Below, in pieces: positions 1 through 8,661 of a DNA stretch of 64,000 nt. The translations under genes were made by a program, and so were the position numbers. Numbering within the stretch: position 1 is the first letter of the stretch; each line of letters starts with the position of its first letter. The DNA comes from Candidatus Krumholzibacteriota bacterium (GTDB lineage Bacteria; Krumholzibacteriota; Krumholzibacteriia; LZORAL124-64-63). Below the pieces are notes generated by a model, which was given only the letters and a program-made list of their open reading frames with translations, searched no databases and had not been told where the DNA came from. The stretch spans positions 3,087 through 67,086 of the forward strand of contig JBDLKA010000004.1 of NCBI GenBank assembly GCA_039714075.1, read 5' to 3'.

Positions 1-1518
1 AAAACCGGCCATGCGGGGCGAGCGGATGCCGTAGGCACTGAGTACGGCAAAGGCATCCTCCTGCGTCAGGTAATTGTCCTTGCCACGATACTTCTCGATG
101 ATGACTTCGGCTGCCGCGCGATCGGTTTCCATATCGGACAGATCCTCGCGCACCCGTTCGCGCAGGCGGGCGTAGCGGTTCATGGCCGCCAGGGCCCGCG
201 CCCCGTCCTCGGCGAACTCGAACACCGGCAGATCGGCCGCCCGCAACTGGCCGATCAGGCGGTAGTTCTCGCTGTAGGTCTCCACCACCACGACCACGGG
301 CTTGTCCGACTCCTCGGTCGCCTCCTTGATGCGCCGGGCGATGGCGTCGATGTCCGTGAACGGCGCGGTCACGAAAAACACCATCACCATGTCCGTGTTT
401 TTCTCGGCCAGCAGGGTGCTGATCGCCGCGTGGTAATGATCCTGGTTCGCGGTGGCCACCACGTCGACCGGGTTGCCCAGACTAGCCTCGGCGAACTGTG
501 TTTCCTCCAACCGCTTCTTGCCTTCGTCCGACCACTTCGCCAGTTCCAGCCCCTGCCCAATGGATTCATCCACGGCCTGAATGCCCGGCCCACCCGTATT
601 GGTGATGATGCCGATGCGGTTGCCCGGCGGCGGATTCTGGGTGGACATGGCGATGGCGGCCTTGATCATTTCGTGCGTGTCGGTGAAGGGCACCACGCCC
701 GCCTTGCGGTACATGGCTTCGGCCATCTTCACCTGGTCGACCAGCGCCCCGGTGTGCGACGACACCGCTTTCGATCCTTCGGACGTTCGCCCGGCCTTGA
801 TGGCCAGAACGGGTTTGTGGGGCGTGATCTTTGCTGCCACTTCCAGGAACGCGCGCGGGTCCTTGAAGCTTTCGGTCTGCATCATGATCACGCGGGTGCC
901 TTCGTCCTGGCTGTAGTATTCCAGGATCTCGGGCATGGTCAGGTCGCACTCGTTGCCGTAGGAGCAGTACATGCGGTGCCCCAGGCCGACGTTGTGCAGG
1001 TGCAGTTTGAGCATCTCGCCCATGCCGCCGCCCTGGGCGATGATGGAAACATTACCCGGCTTCTGCGGCACGAAAGTGAAGTTGGCATACACCGATACTT
1101 CCGGGTCGGCGTTCTGGATGCCCTGGCTGTTCGGTCCGAAAATGCGGATGCCGTGCTTGTGCGCGGTCTCGACCATTTTCCGTTCGAGCTCGACTCCCTC
1201 GGGACCCACTTCCTTGAACCCCGCCGAGTGCACGATGGCGAACTTCACGCCCTTGGCCCCGCACTCTTCCAGCACCGCGGGCACGTACACGTTCTTGATG
1301 GAGATGTTCACCAGGTCGATGGTGTCGCAGGGCACGTCCAGGATCGACTTGTAGGCCTGGATGCTGCGAATGGTCCCCCCCTTGGGGTTGATGGGGAAAA
1401 CCGGTCCCACAAATCCGTAATTGGTCAGGTTCTTCACCACGATGTGACCGATGGAGTAGGGGTTTCCCGAAGCGCCGATCACACCCACGGCGCGGGGTCT
1501 GAACAATCCGTCGAGCAT
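1..1518 (-). CDS. Acyl-CoA synthetase (NDP/ADP-forming), acetate--CoA ligase family. Partial: N-terminal 506 aa; the C-terminus lies beyond the window start.
   Basis: Manual minus-strand translation from the ATG at 1518 gives MLDGLFRPRAVGVIGASGNPYSIGHIVVKNL... (CoA-binding domain), followed by succinyl-CoA-synthetase-like and ATP-grasp parts (..EVIIEKYRGKDNYLTQEDAFAVLSAYGIR..). No stop down to position 1. It is absent from the ORF track only because it runs off the edge. Confidence 0.8.
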   Translation of the reverse strand, partial: MLDGLFRPRAVGVIGASGNPYSIGHIVVKNLTNYGFVGPVFPINPKGGTIRSIQAYKSILDVPCDTIDLVNISIKNVYVPAVLEECGAKGVKFAIVHSAGFKEVGPEGVELERKMVETAHKHGIRIFGPNSQGIQNADPEVSVYANFTFVPQKPGNVSIIAQGGGMGEMLKLHLHNVGLGHRMYCSYGNECDLTMPEILEYYSQDEGTRVIMMQTESFKDPRAFLEVAAKITPHKPVLAIKAGRTSEGSKAVSSHTGALVDQVKMAEAMYRKAGVVPFTDTHEMIKAAIAMSTQNPPPGNRIGIITNTGGPGIQAVDESIGQGLELAKWSDEGKKRLEETQFAEASLGNPVDVVATANQDHYHAAISTLLAEKNTDMVMVFFVTAPFTDIDAIARRIKEATEESDKPVVVVVETYSENYRLIGQLRAADLPVFEFAEDGARALAAMNRYARLRERVREDLSDMETDRAAAEVIIEKYRGKDNYLTQEDAFAVLSAYGIRSPRMAGF

Positions 1519-1534
1519 GCCTGGTTCCTCTCTT

Positions 1535-2320
1535 TTACTTAGCGGTCGCCAATTTGCGGGCGGTCAGGGCGGCGCCCAACGCGCCTGTGAACTGGGGAGC
1601 TTCGGGCACGACCACATCGCGGCCCAGGCGCGAAGCCAAAATCTTCACGATGACCGGATTGTGCGCCACCACACCCCCGGTGGCCATGACCATCCCGTCC
1701 AGGGGATCCATTTCGACGATGCGGTCCACCACCGAAACGAAGGCCCCGCGCACGATGCCCTCCACGGGCGCACCCTGCCTCAGGTGGGACAGGATCTCGG
1801 TCTTGGCGAAAACCGTGCAGAAGCTGCCCAGGCGCACCGGTTCGTCGGTGCTCCCGGCCAGGGCGTCGAGCTCGGCCACATCCAGGTTCAAACGCAGGGC
1901 GATCTCCTCGATGAACGCGCCCGTACCGGCGGCGCACTTGCGGTTCATCTTGAACTCGCGGCGTTTCCCCTCGTCGTCCAGGTGGATGACCTTGTTGTCC
2001 TGGCCCCCGATGTCGACCACGGAAACCGCCTGCTGCGCGTGATGGAAGCAGCCGACACCGTGACAGTGGATCTCGGTGCGGGACTCGCCGGCAAAATCGA
2101 CATTCCTGCGTCCGTAGCCCGTGGAAACGGTCACCGCCGGCTCACCCGTCAGGCCAGCGGTTTTCAGGGCCTCGTCAAGACACTGGCGCGCGGTGCCGCG
2201 GTAATCGACACCGGAATGGCGCATGGCCCTGGCCAGCACCTGCCGGTCGCCATCCAGCAGGACCAGCTTGGTCGCCGACGCGCCGATATCCACGCCGCAA
2301 TAGAAGTTTCCCGTGGTCAT
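1535..2320 (-). CDS. BadF/BadG/BcrA/BcrD/HgdC-type ATPase (2-hydroxyacyl-CoA dehydratase activator-like, 261 aa)
   Basis: N-terminal GVDIGASATKLVLLD actin-like ATPase motif, ~260 aa, and conserved Cys (CAAGTGAF). Same strand as, and 8 nt from, the dehydratase-like subunit gene. Confidence 0.85.
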   Translation of the reverse strand: MTTGNFYCGVDIGASATKLVLLDGDRQVLARAMRHSGVDYRGTARQCLDEALKTAGLTGEPAVTVSTGYGRRNVDFAGESRTEIHCHGVGCFHHAQQAVSVVDIGGQDNKVIHLDDEGKRREFKMNRKCAAGTGAFIEEIALRLNLDVAELDALAGSTDEPVRLGSFCTVFAKTEILSHLRQGAPVEGIVRGAFVSVVDRIVEMDPLDGMVMATGGVVAHNPVIVKILASRLGRDVVVPEAPQFTGALGAALTARKLATAK

Positions 2321-2327
2321 GCTCCTA

Positions 2328-3572
2328 TCACCGGCCCTCTTCGATCTGCTCGACCAGGGCCTCGAACTGCGTGCGGGCCTGCTCTTCGGAGTACATCCGC
2401 AGATCGTTCAGGTCGCCGTTGATCGTCACGTAGGGCACGCCCGTCGCGCCGGTCATGCGTTGCGGCATTCCGTAGCGGCAATTCGAGTTGTTGGGGCAGG
2501 TCTTGGCGTCGTGGTAGATGATGCCGTCGATTCCGTAGGTCGCGAACATTTTCTTGAGGTAGTCCTCTTTGTAGTTCTCGCCGCGCACGATGAACAGTTC
2601 GGTGTAGCTGCGCGCCATGGCTTCGAAGGGATCGTCCAGGCCCATGGGCTCGAAGATCCAGCTGTTGCAGTAGGTCGACGCCACCACGCAGGCGTGCTGG
2701 CCGGCAAACTGTTCGGCGTGGTCGCGCAGCTTGCCCCAGACGGGCATGCCCTCCCAGTAGAAGCGCAGCTTTTCGTCCTCGACGGCGGCCACGCCGTCGG
2801 CGATGCGCTGCTCCAGTTCGGCGATCAGCACCGGGTAATATTCCTCGGCCGCGGCCGTGCCGCGCAGAACCACCGCCGGCCCCATGTGGATGGTGCAATC
2901 GAAGAACGAAATGGGGCTGGGCTGGTGGGCAGCCAGTTCCAGGACCCGTTTCCACAACAGGGTGCAGCGGTAGGACGAGGCCATCACTTCCTTCAAACGA
3001 TCCATATCGAATTTGCGGCCGGAAATCTCTTCAAGGGTCGGAATCAGGGCCTTGTGCTGATCGATCAACCCGTCCAGGTGGTCCTTGGTAATTTCCTCCA
3101 GCCCCCGCGGGGTATCGATACCGATCAAGGGCACATCCCACTCGCGCTGGTAGAACGCCAGCCAGTCCTGCACATCGCGGCACTGGTTGGTGTTGTAGAC
3201 CAGTACGTCCGCCTTGGGCACGCCCTTGATGCCGAAGGCCTTCATCAGGGGCGTCTGCTGCTTCAGGTACGAGCCCACGTCGCTGGTCAGGTACGAGCAG
3301 ATATCCGGCGAATACCCCCGGGCGTTGGCCGCGGGAATCAGGTCCGCCGCCACGCGCGACGAGCCCAGCACCGCACCGTGATTCTCGGGAAAATAGACCA
3401 GGAAACCGAAGGACCGCAGCAGTTCGGCCGGTCCCACGCTGGTGCACCAGGCGATCAGCGGGCGGTCCGAAGCGGTGGAGTTGGCGGCGGCGTCCAACTC
3501 GATGAAATGCTCGGCCATGAGTTTGCGCATCATGCCGGTGGCCTGGATTTTCTTGATGGGGGTGTCGCTCAC
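2328..3572 (-). CDS. 2-hydroxyacyl-CoA dehydratase / benzoyl-CoA reductase B/C-family subunit (HgdA/BcrB-like, YjiM-like); a lone subunit, 414 aa
   Basis: Clear paralogy to the BcrB-like protein at 14116..15426 (LMAEHF..LRSFGFLVYFPEN..YSPDICSY.. versus [27 protein letters not shown]..). It sits upstream of the activase gene on the same strand. Confidence 0.8.
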   Translation of the reverse strand: MSDTPIKKIQATGMMRKLMAEHFIELDAAANSTASDRPLIAWCTSVGPAELLRSFGFLVYFPENHGAVLGSSRVAADLIPAANARGYSPDICSYLTSDVGSYLKQQTPLMKAFGIKGVPKADVLVYNTNQCRDVQDWLAFYQREWDVPLIGIDTPRGLEEITKDHLDGLIDQHKALIPTLEEISGRKFDMDRLKEVMASSYRCTLLWKRVLELAAHQPSPISFFDCTIHMGPAVVLRGTAAAEEYYPVLIAELEQRIADGVAAVEDEKLRFYWEGMPVWGKLRDHAEQFAGQHACVVASTYCNSWIFEPMGLDDPFEAMARSYTELFIVRGENYKEDYLKKMFATYGIDGIIYHDAKTCPNNSNCRYGMPQRMTGATGVPYVTINGDLNDLRMYSEEQARTQFEALVEQIEEGR

Positions 3573-3714
3573 GGGGCAGTATCTCCTTGGGTGGGTCGGG
3601 AAAGAGGCATTCCGCGGATACTAGCATTGCGGGATATCCAGCGTCAATCGGCGGGCAATCACCCCATGAATCACAGTTGAATCACAAGGACCGAAACCGG
3701 TAGACTCCCGGCCC

Positions 3715-4125
3715 ATGACCACGATCTCGAGCAAAATCCCCCGCGAAACCCTGCGCGGTTACCTCTTCATCGTCTTGGCCGCCTTCTGCTGGGGCGGCAT
3801 CGGCCCGGTGTCCCGTTACGCGTTCGCCCAGGGCCTGGCGCCGTTCGTCCGGATCGAATTTCCCGCGCCACGGGCCCTGCTGGCGGTGATCTTTCTCGCG
3901 GTGATCTCCACCTTCGCCGCCTACTCCCTGAACTACGCGGGACTCAAGCGGCTGGAATCCTCACGCGCGGCGACCGTGGCCACCATAGAACCGGTCATCG
4001 CCGGAGCGGCGGCCTGGGTCTGGTGGGGGGAGACCTTCACTTTCTGGGGTTACCTGGGCAGCGGGCTGATTCTGCTGGGTGTGCTGCTGCTGATTACGTC
4101 TTCCTCAAAGGAAGGCGCAAGTTAG
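3715..4125 (+). CDS. EamA/DMT-family small membrane protein (136 aa), possibly a truncated remnant
   Basis: The N-terminus resembles EamA TM1 (LFIVLAAFCWGGIGPVSRYAF) and the C-terminus matches the end of an EamA domain (ATVATIEPVIAGAAAWVWWGETFTFWGYLGSGLILLGVLLL). The middle is too short for a canonical 10-TM DMT protein. Confidence 0.45.
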   Translation: MTTISSKIPRETLRGYLFIVLAAFCWGGIGPVSRYAFAQGLAPFVRIEFPAPRALLAVIFLAVISTFAAYSLNYAGLKRLESSRAATVATIEPVIAGAAAWVWWGETFTFWGYLGSGLILLGVLLLITSSSKEGAS

Positions 4126-4155
4126 CCACGCCTTAAGCTGAAACGGCGAGACGGA

Positions 4156-6405
4156 TTATTTGATCAAAACAAGTTTACGGGTCACGGCCCCGTCCACGGA
4201 CTGCAGCCGCGCGAAATACACCCCCGCCGAAACCAGCTGTCCGGTGTTGTCTTTTCCGTTCCAATGGACAACGTAGGAACCGGCCTCTCGATACTCCTCG
4301 ACCAGCGTGCGCACCTTGCGTCCGGCAGCGTCGTGAATCGAAAGGACGACCGGACCCGCTCGTTCCAGTCCGAATTGCATTTCGGTACGCGGGTTGAAGG
4401 GGTTCGGAAACGGGTTGTCCAACCACACCGCGGTCACCTTGTTGCCGGGCAGCAGATTGCCGTCCACCGGGGCGGGGTCCGAGCACTCCCGTCCCAGGAT
4501 CGTCAAGGTGCCGCCGAGCAAATACACATACCCGTGATCAACTTCGGCCTGCCATGCATAGGCACCGGAATGATAATCACCGAGCAGGACAGGCGCCGAT
4601 GGTGAATTCACGTCCACCACGATCATGCCGCTTTGGTATGCCGAAACGTAGGCGGTCTTGCCGTAGACCTCCACGTCCCGGCATCTCCCGAGAGGCAGCT
4701 GACCCACCAGAACAGGAAGATCCCACGAGGCAAGATCATAGATGGAAAGGCCTGTGTTTCCAACAAGATACAGATATCCGCCTGACGCCGTTCCATGGTA
4801 GATATCTTCCGGATGAGATACCGTTGAGACATGGACCGGGGCCAGCGGGGACGCCAGATCAAAAACCGAAATTTCGCCGCCAAAGGGATCGCCGCTTAAG
4901 GCGTAGAGGTGCCCGTCGAGGACGTCCAAAGCCGACAAGGAAAAGCCAAGGTGGTCTCCCACGGCAACCGGGGTATCCGGAATCGACAGATCGTAGACAC
5001 GGAAACCACTCGATTGGATTGCGTACAGGATATCGTCGACAACCAGGCCGTCCACGCGCATCTCGACATCGGTCGCCACGGGATCACCGGTCGGCCAGTG
5101 AAACGAGCCGAAAGTCGAGTGCAGGTATTCGCCATGAATGGCGAATCCAACTTCAAACATGGGTGTGCCGACATTTATAAAAAAACCATGTGAAAAAACA
5201 GGATTTTCGGGGTCACTCAGGTCGAAGACTTCGATAGCCCCGACATCGTACCATTCATCGGAAAGGTCCTCCAAAAAGAAGGCATTCGTGTCCGTAATCT
5301 TAAAGTCCACGGAGGGAATGGCACCCAGGATGTTCGCAGCCGGAGGAGGAACCGTCAGAAGACCTTCGTGATTAACGAGTCTCAGATTATCGAAATAGAG
5401 TAAGCGTTCTCCGACCACTTCCACATGGGCGTTGTCTGCGACTCCGATTCCGTAAACCCTTGTCCAGATTCCGTCAACTTCGGTCAGGTAGTTTACCGAA
5501 CCTTCGGATGGCGCATAGATCATCCCGTTCCCGATGGCAGGTTGGCCGACAATGGGCCGCCCGAAGCTGAAATCCCCCACCTCTTCAATGGCTGCCGGGT
5601 TGGAAAAATCCAGGATCTTCAGGACACTGCTAGAAAGAATGGATCCAAACTGAGAGGGAGGATACTGGTCCAAACGGGCCGCCACCGTCCCGCCTTCGGC
5701 GTCCAGGGCGTCGAACATTTGTCCGTTTGTGGGAGTGGCATAGGTTGTAAATTCACCAAGAAGTACGGGAACGGCCGGTGCCGAAAGATCGTAGGCCCGC
5801 AAAAAGCCCTCGGTTCCAAAGCGACCTCCAACGTACCAGACGCCCGCATCCTCGGCCACACTCAGGGCCCAGTCGACATCGGACAGGGAAACTTCCTCGA
5901 CAGGCGCCGTCGGATCGGAAATGTCGAAAAACCGGAAGCCGTCATCCAGGGCGGCAATGCAGGCAAGACCGCCGACCATCTCCTGATCGACGACTTCGGA
6001 GGCCGAGGCATTCTGCGATCGCTGAACCGGATGGTGCGGATTCGAAAAATCCACCAGCAGCCAGCCACAATTCACGGGATTCGAGGTCTTGAAACCGACG
6101 CTGACCAGGGAGCCCTCGCAGGCGAGGGATGTCGGCCATCCCGCCGAGGAATTGAAATCTCCCAGCACTTCCGGCGCGGCGGCAGGCAAGGCACGCCCCC
6201 AGACCAGGCGCAGACCCGTCCCTGAACCATCTCCGGTGGCGTAGCAGAAATAGTCACCGTCGACCGCCAGTATTTTGAACATGATGGTATCATCGGGAAT
6301 GCTGCCGATTTCGGCCGGCAATTGACCGTAGGGTGTACAATCCGGGGCACCTACAGCCACGGAAGAACAAATGGTCAGCAGGACTATCATGATTAGAGTT
6401 TTCAT
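4156..6405 (-). CDS. Secreted LVIVD-repeat beta-propeller protein with a T9SS type-A C-terminal sorting domain
   Basis: The ORF runs 4156..6450. The signal peptide MKTLIMIVLLTICSSVAVGA begins at M16 (6405). LVIVD-like repeats are present (AYVSAYQSGMIVVDVNSPSAPVLLG). C-terminus NPFNPRTEMQFGL..GVYFARLQSVDGAVTRKLVLIK. Confidence 0.75.
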   Translation of the reverse strand: MKTLIMIVLLTICSSVAVGAPDCTPYGQLPAEIGSIPDDTIMFKILAVDGDYFCYATGDGSGTGLRLVWGRALPAAAPEVLGDFNSSAGWPTSLACEGSLVSVGFKTSNPVNCGWLLVDFSNPHHPVQRSQNASASEVVDQEMVGGLACIAALDDGFRFFDISDPTAPVEEVSLSDVDWALSVAEDAGVWYVGGRFGTEGFLRAYDLSAPAVPVLLGEFTTYATPTNGQMFDALDAEGGTVAARLDQYPPSQFGSILSSSVLKILDFSNPAAIEEVGDFSFGRPIVGQPAIGNGMIYAPSEGSVNYLTEVDGIWTRVYGIGVADNAHVEVVGERLLYFDNLRLVNHEGLLTVPPPAANILGAIPSVDFKITDTNAFFLEDLSDEWYDVGAIEVFDLSDPENPVFSHGFFINVGTPMFEVGFAIHGEYLHSTFGSFHWPTGDPVATDVEMRVDGLVVDDILYAIQSSGFRVYDLSIPDTPVAVGDHLGFSLSALDVLDGHLYALSGDPFGGEISVFDLASPLAPVHVSTVSHPEDIYHGTASGGYLYLVGNTGLSIYDLASWDLPVLVGQLPLGRCRDVEVYGKTAYVSAYQSGMIVVDVNSPSAPVLLGDYHSGAYAWQAEVDHGYVYLLGGTLTILGRECSDPAPVDGNLLPGNKVTAVWLDNPFPNPFNPRTEMQFGLERAGPVVLSIHDAAGRKVRTLVEEYREAGSYVVHWNGKDNTGQLVSAGVYFARLQSVDGAVTRKLVLIK

Positions 6406-6680
6406 GGTGGGATATTCCCTTTCTTGGATATAATTTCTCCTATATAACACCTGGATTATCTTATCATTAATGAAAGATTGATGTCAAATGGATGCCATAG
6501 TTCATCAATTCCTCAAAAAGCTCCACCTGTTGCCGTCCCCAGGCAATTTTCCTGGCCGAAACACAGGTCACAATTCCAATGCCACAACCAATTCCTTGAA
6601 ATCCCCTCCCCGAAATGGGAGAATGATTTTTCGAAATCAGACTCGCCCATTCTGCCCCATATCATCCAAGGAGAACCCTC

Positions 6681-8648
6681 ATGATCGTCGGCGTCATCGG
6701 TTCCGGCTCCATCGGCCCGGACCTGGCCTATGGTTTTGTCTCCGCCCTGGCCAGCCACCCGGACAGCCGTGTCCTCCTTCACGACATCAAACCCGACGCC
6801 TTGGAGGCCGGCCTGGCCCGCATCCAGGGCTACGTGAAAAAGGGTGTCGATCGTGGCAAGCTCAGTCCCAAGGTGGCCGCGGCCATCGGTGACAAACTGG
6901 TCACGACGCTGGACCTTCCCGACCTGGCCGATTGCGATTACGTGCTCGAGGCCGCCACCGAGGATCTGGGGATCAAGAAGATCATCCTGGGCAACCTGGA
7001 AAAAGTCGTGCGGCCCGACTGCCTGATCGGCTTCGCCACCAGCGGCCTGCCGCGCGCGGTGATCGCCGCGGACACGAAACACCCCGAGCGCTGCTTCGTG
7101 AACCACCCCTTCTTTCCCGCCTGGCGCGCCATGCCCATCGAAGTCGTGCTGTCGGACCACGCCGAGTACAGCGAGCGCATGCTGACGACCTTGAAGCATC
7201 TTGGCAAAGTGCCGGTGATCACCGCCGACGTGCCGTGCTTCGCCGCCGACGACATCTTCTGCAACTACTGCGCCGAGGCCGCGCGCATCCACGTCGAAGG
7301 CGTGGCGTCGGTGTGGCAGGTGGACAAGATCGTCAACGACGCCATCGGCGGCGGTGGTCCCTTCAACGTCATGGACCTGACCCGCGGCAACCTGCTGAAC
7401 GTCAAATGCCTGAAGCTGATGGAAGAAGCCGAGACGGGCAGCGAATGGTTCGCCCCGCCCGAGGTCTTCTCCACCCAGGCCAACAATCCCTGGCTCGACC
7501 ACAAGAACCCCGGTGACCCGTCGTACAGCCCCGAACTGGGCCAGCAGGTGCTGGACCGCATCCTGGCCGTGCTATTGGGACGAACCTATTTCGTGGCCGA
7601 CAACGATATCTGCGACCCGGCGGACCTGAACTGGCTGACGAGCAACGCCCTCGGTTTCAGCAAGGGGCTGCTGGATCTGGCGGCCGAACTGGGCGCCGAC
7701 CGCGTGCACGAGATCTGCACCACCTACGCGGCCGCCAACCCCGGTTTCGAGGTGCCCAAAAGCATTAGCGACCGGGTGCTGCTGGATTTCAAGCGCAACC
7801 TGCAGATCGAGAAGGATGACACCATCGCCACGGTGACCATCAAGCGTCCCGAGGTGTTGAACGCGCTGAACGACCAGACCATGAACGAGTTGAACGCCAC
7901 CTTTGACGAACTGGAAGCCGACAACACGGTGGCCGGCATCGTGGTCACCAGTTACGGCGGCTCGCTGGCGGGCGCCGACATCAACGAACTGGCCGCCCTG
8001 CCCACGCCCGAAGAGGCGGCCGACAAGTGCCGCCGCGGGCACAAGATTCTGCGCCGGATCGAGAACTGCGCCAAGCCGGTGGTCATCGCCGTGAACGGTC
8101 CGGTGCTGGGCGGCGGCGCTGAACTGTCCATGGCCTGCCACGCGCGGGTCGTGGGCCCGGGCCTGATGCTTGGTCAGCCCGAAGTGAACCTGGGGATCAT
8201 CCCGGGTTACGGCGGCACCCAGCGGCTGCCCCGCCTGATCGGGGTGGAAAAAGCCGCGGAAATGGTGCGGACCGCCAATACCATCGGCGCCAAGGACGCC
8301 TGCGCCCTGGGTTGGGCGGTCGGTGAGCCCGCGACCTCTCCAGTCGCGGCGGCCAAGGATGTGATCAAGGCCCACCTGGACGGGTCGGCGCCCATCAAGC
8401 GTCTGGACACCGGACCCATGAAAGTGCCTGCAACATTGCCGGCCGTCGACATCGGCCACCGTTCCCTGGCCATCGACCGCATCCTGACCGATACCCTGTT
8501 CGCCGGACTGAAAACCGACCTGGACAGCGGTCTGGAGCTCGAAGCCGTGGCCTTCGCCCGCTGCAAGGGGACCGTCGATTACGACATCGGCATGACCAAT
8601 TTCATCCAGAACGGACCCCGGGTGCCCGCGGTCTTCATGAACGAATAA
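6681..8648 (+). CDS. Fused 3-hydroxyacyl-CoA dehydrogenase (N-terminal) / enoyl-CoA hydratase (C-terminal) bifunctional protein, 655 aa
   Basis: An N-terminal Rossmann motif VIGSGSIGPDLA (3HCDH family) and a C-terminal crotonase fold (VIAVNGPVLGGGAELSMACHARV). The domain order is the reverse of FadB/FadJ and matches the archaeal Hbd-Crt fusion type. Confidence 0.9.
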   Translation: MIVGVIGSGSIGPDLAYGFVSALASHPDSRVLLHDIKPDALEAGLARIQGYVKKGVDRGKLSPKVAAAIGDKLVTTLDLPDLADCDYVLEAATEDLGIKKIILGNLEKVVRPDCLIGFATSGLPRAVIAADTKHPERCFVNHPFFPAWRAMPIEVVLSDHAEYSERMLTTLKHLGKVPVITADVPCFAADDIFCNYCAEAARIHVEGVASVWQVDKIVNDAIGGGGPFNVMDLTRGNLLNVKCLKLMEEAETGSEWFAPPEVFSTQANNPWLDHKNPGDPSYSPELGQQVLDRILAVLLGRTYFVADNDICDPADLNWLTSNALGFSKGLLDLAAELGADRVHEICTTYAAANPGFEVPKSISDRVLLDFKRNLQIEKDDTIATVTIKRPEVLNALNDQTMNELNATFDELEADNTVAGIVVTSYGGSLAGADINELAALPTPEEAADKCRRGHKILRRIENCAKPVVIAVNGPVLGGGAELSMACHARVVGPGLMLGQPEVNLGIIPGYGGTQRLPRLIGVEKAAEMVRTANTIGAKDACALGWAVGEPATSPVAAAKDVIKAHLDGSAPIKRLDTGPMKVPATLPAVDIGHRSLAIDRILTDTLFAGLKTDLDSGLELEAVAFARCKGTVDYDIGMTNFIQNGPRVPAVFMNE

Positions 8649-8661
8649 ACGGGAGACGAGC

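Noticed and set aside
430-1542. 370-aa plus-strand ORF, and the overlapping ORFs 581..916 and 971..1354
   Set aside because: Gly/Arg/His/Val-rich, low-complexity translation typical of GC-rich off-frame reading. It lies entirely antisense to the well-supported acyl-CoA synthetase gene read on the minus strand.
1517-3680. Plus-strand ORFs 1517..2422 (301 aa) and 2313..3680 (455 aa)
   Set aside because: Antisense to the activase and dehydratase-like genes. Arg/Gly/Ala/His-rich with no domain signatures. No RBS.
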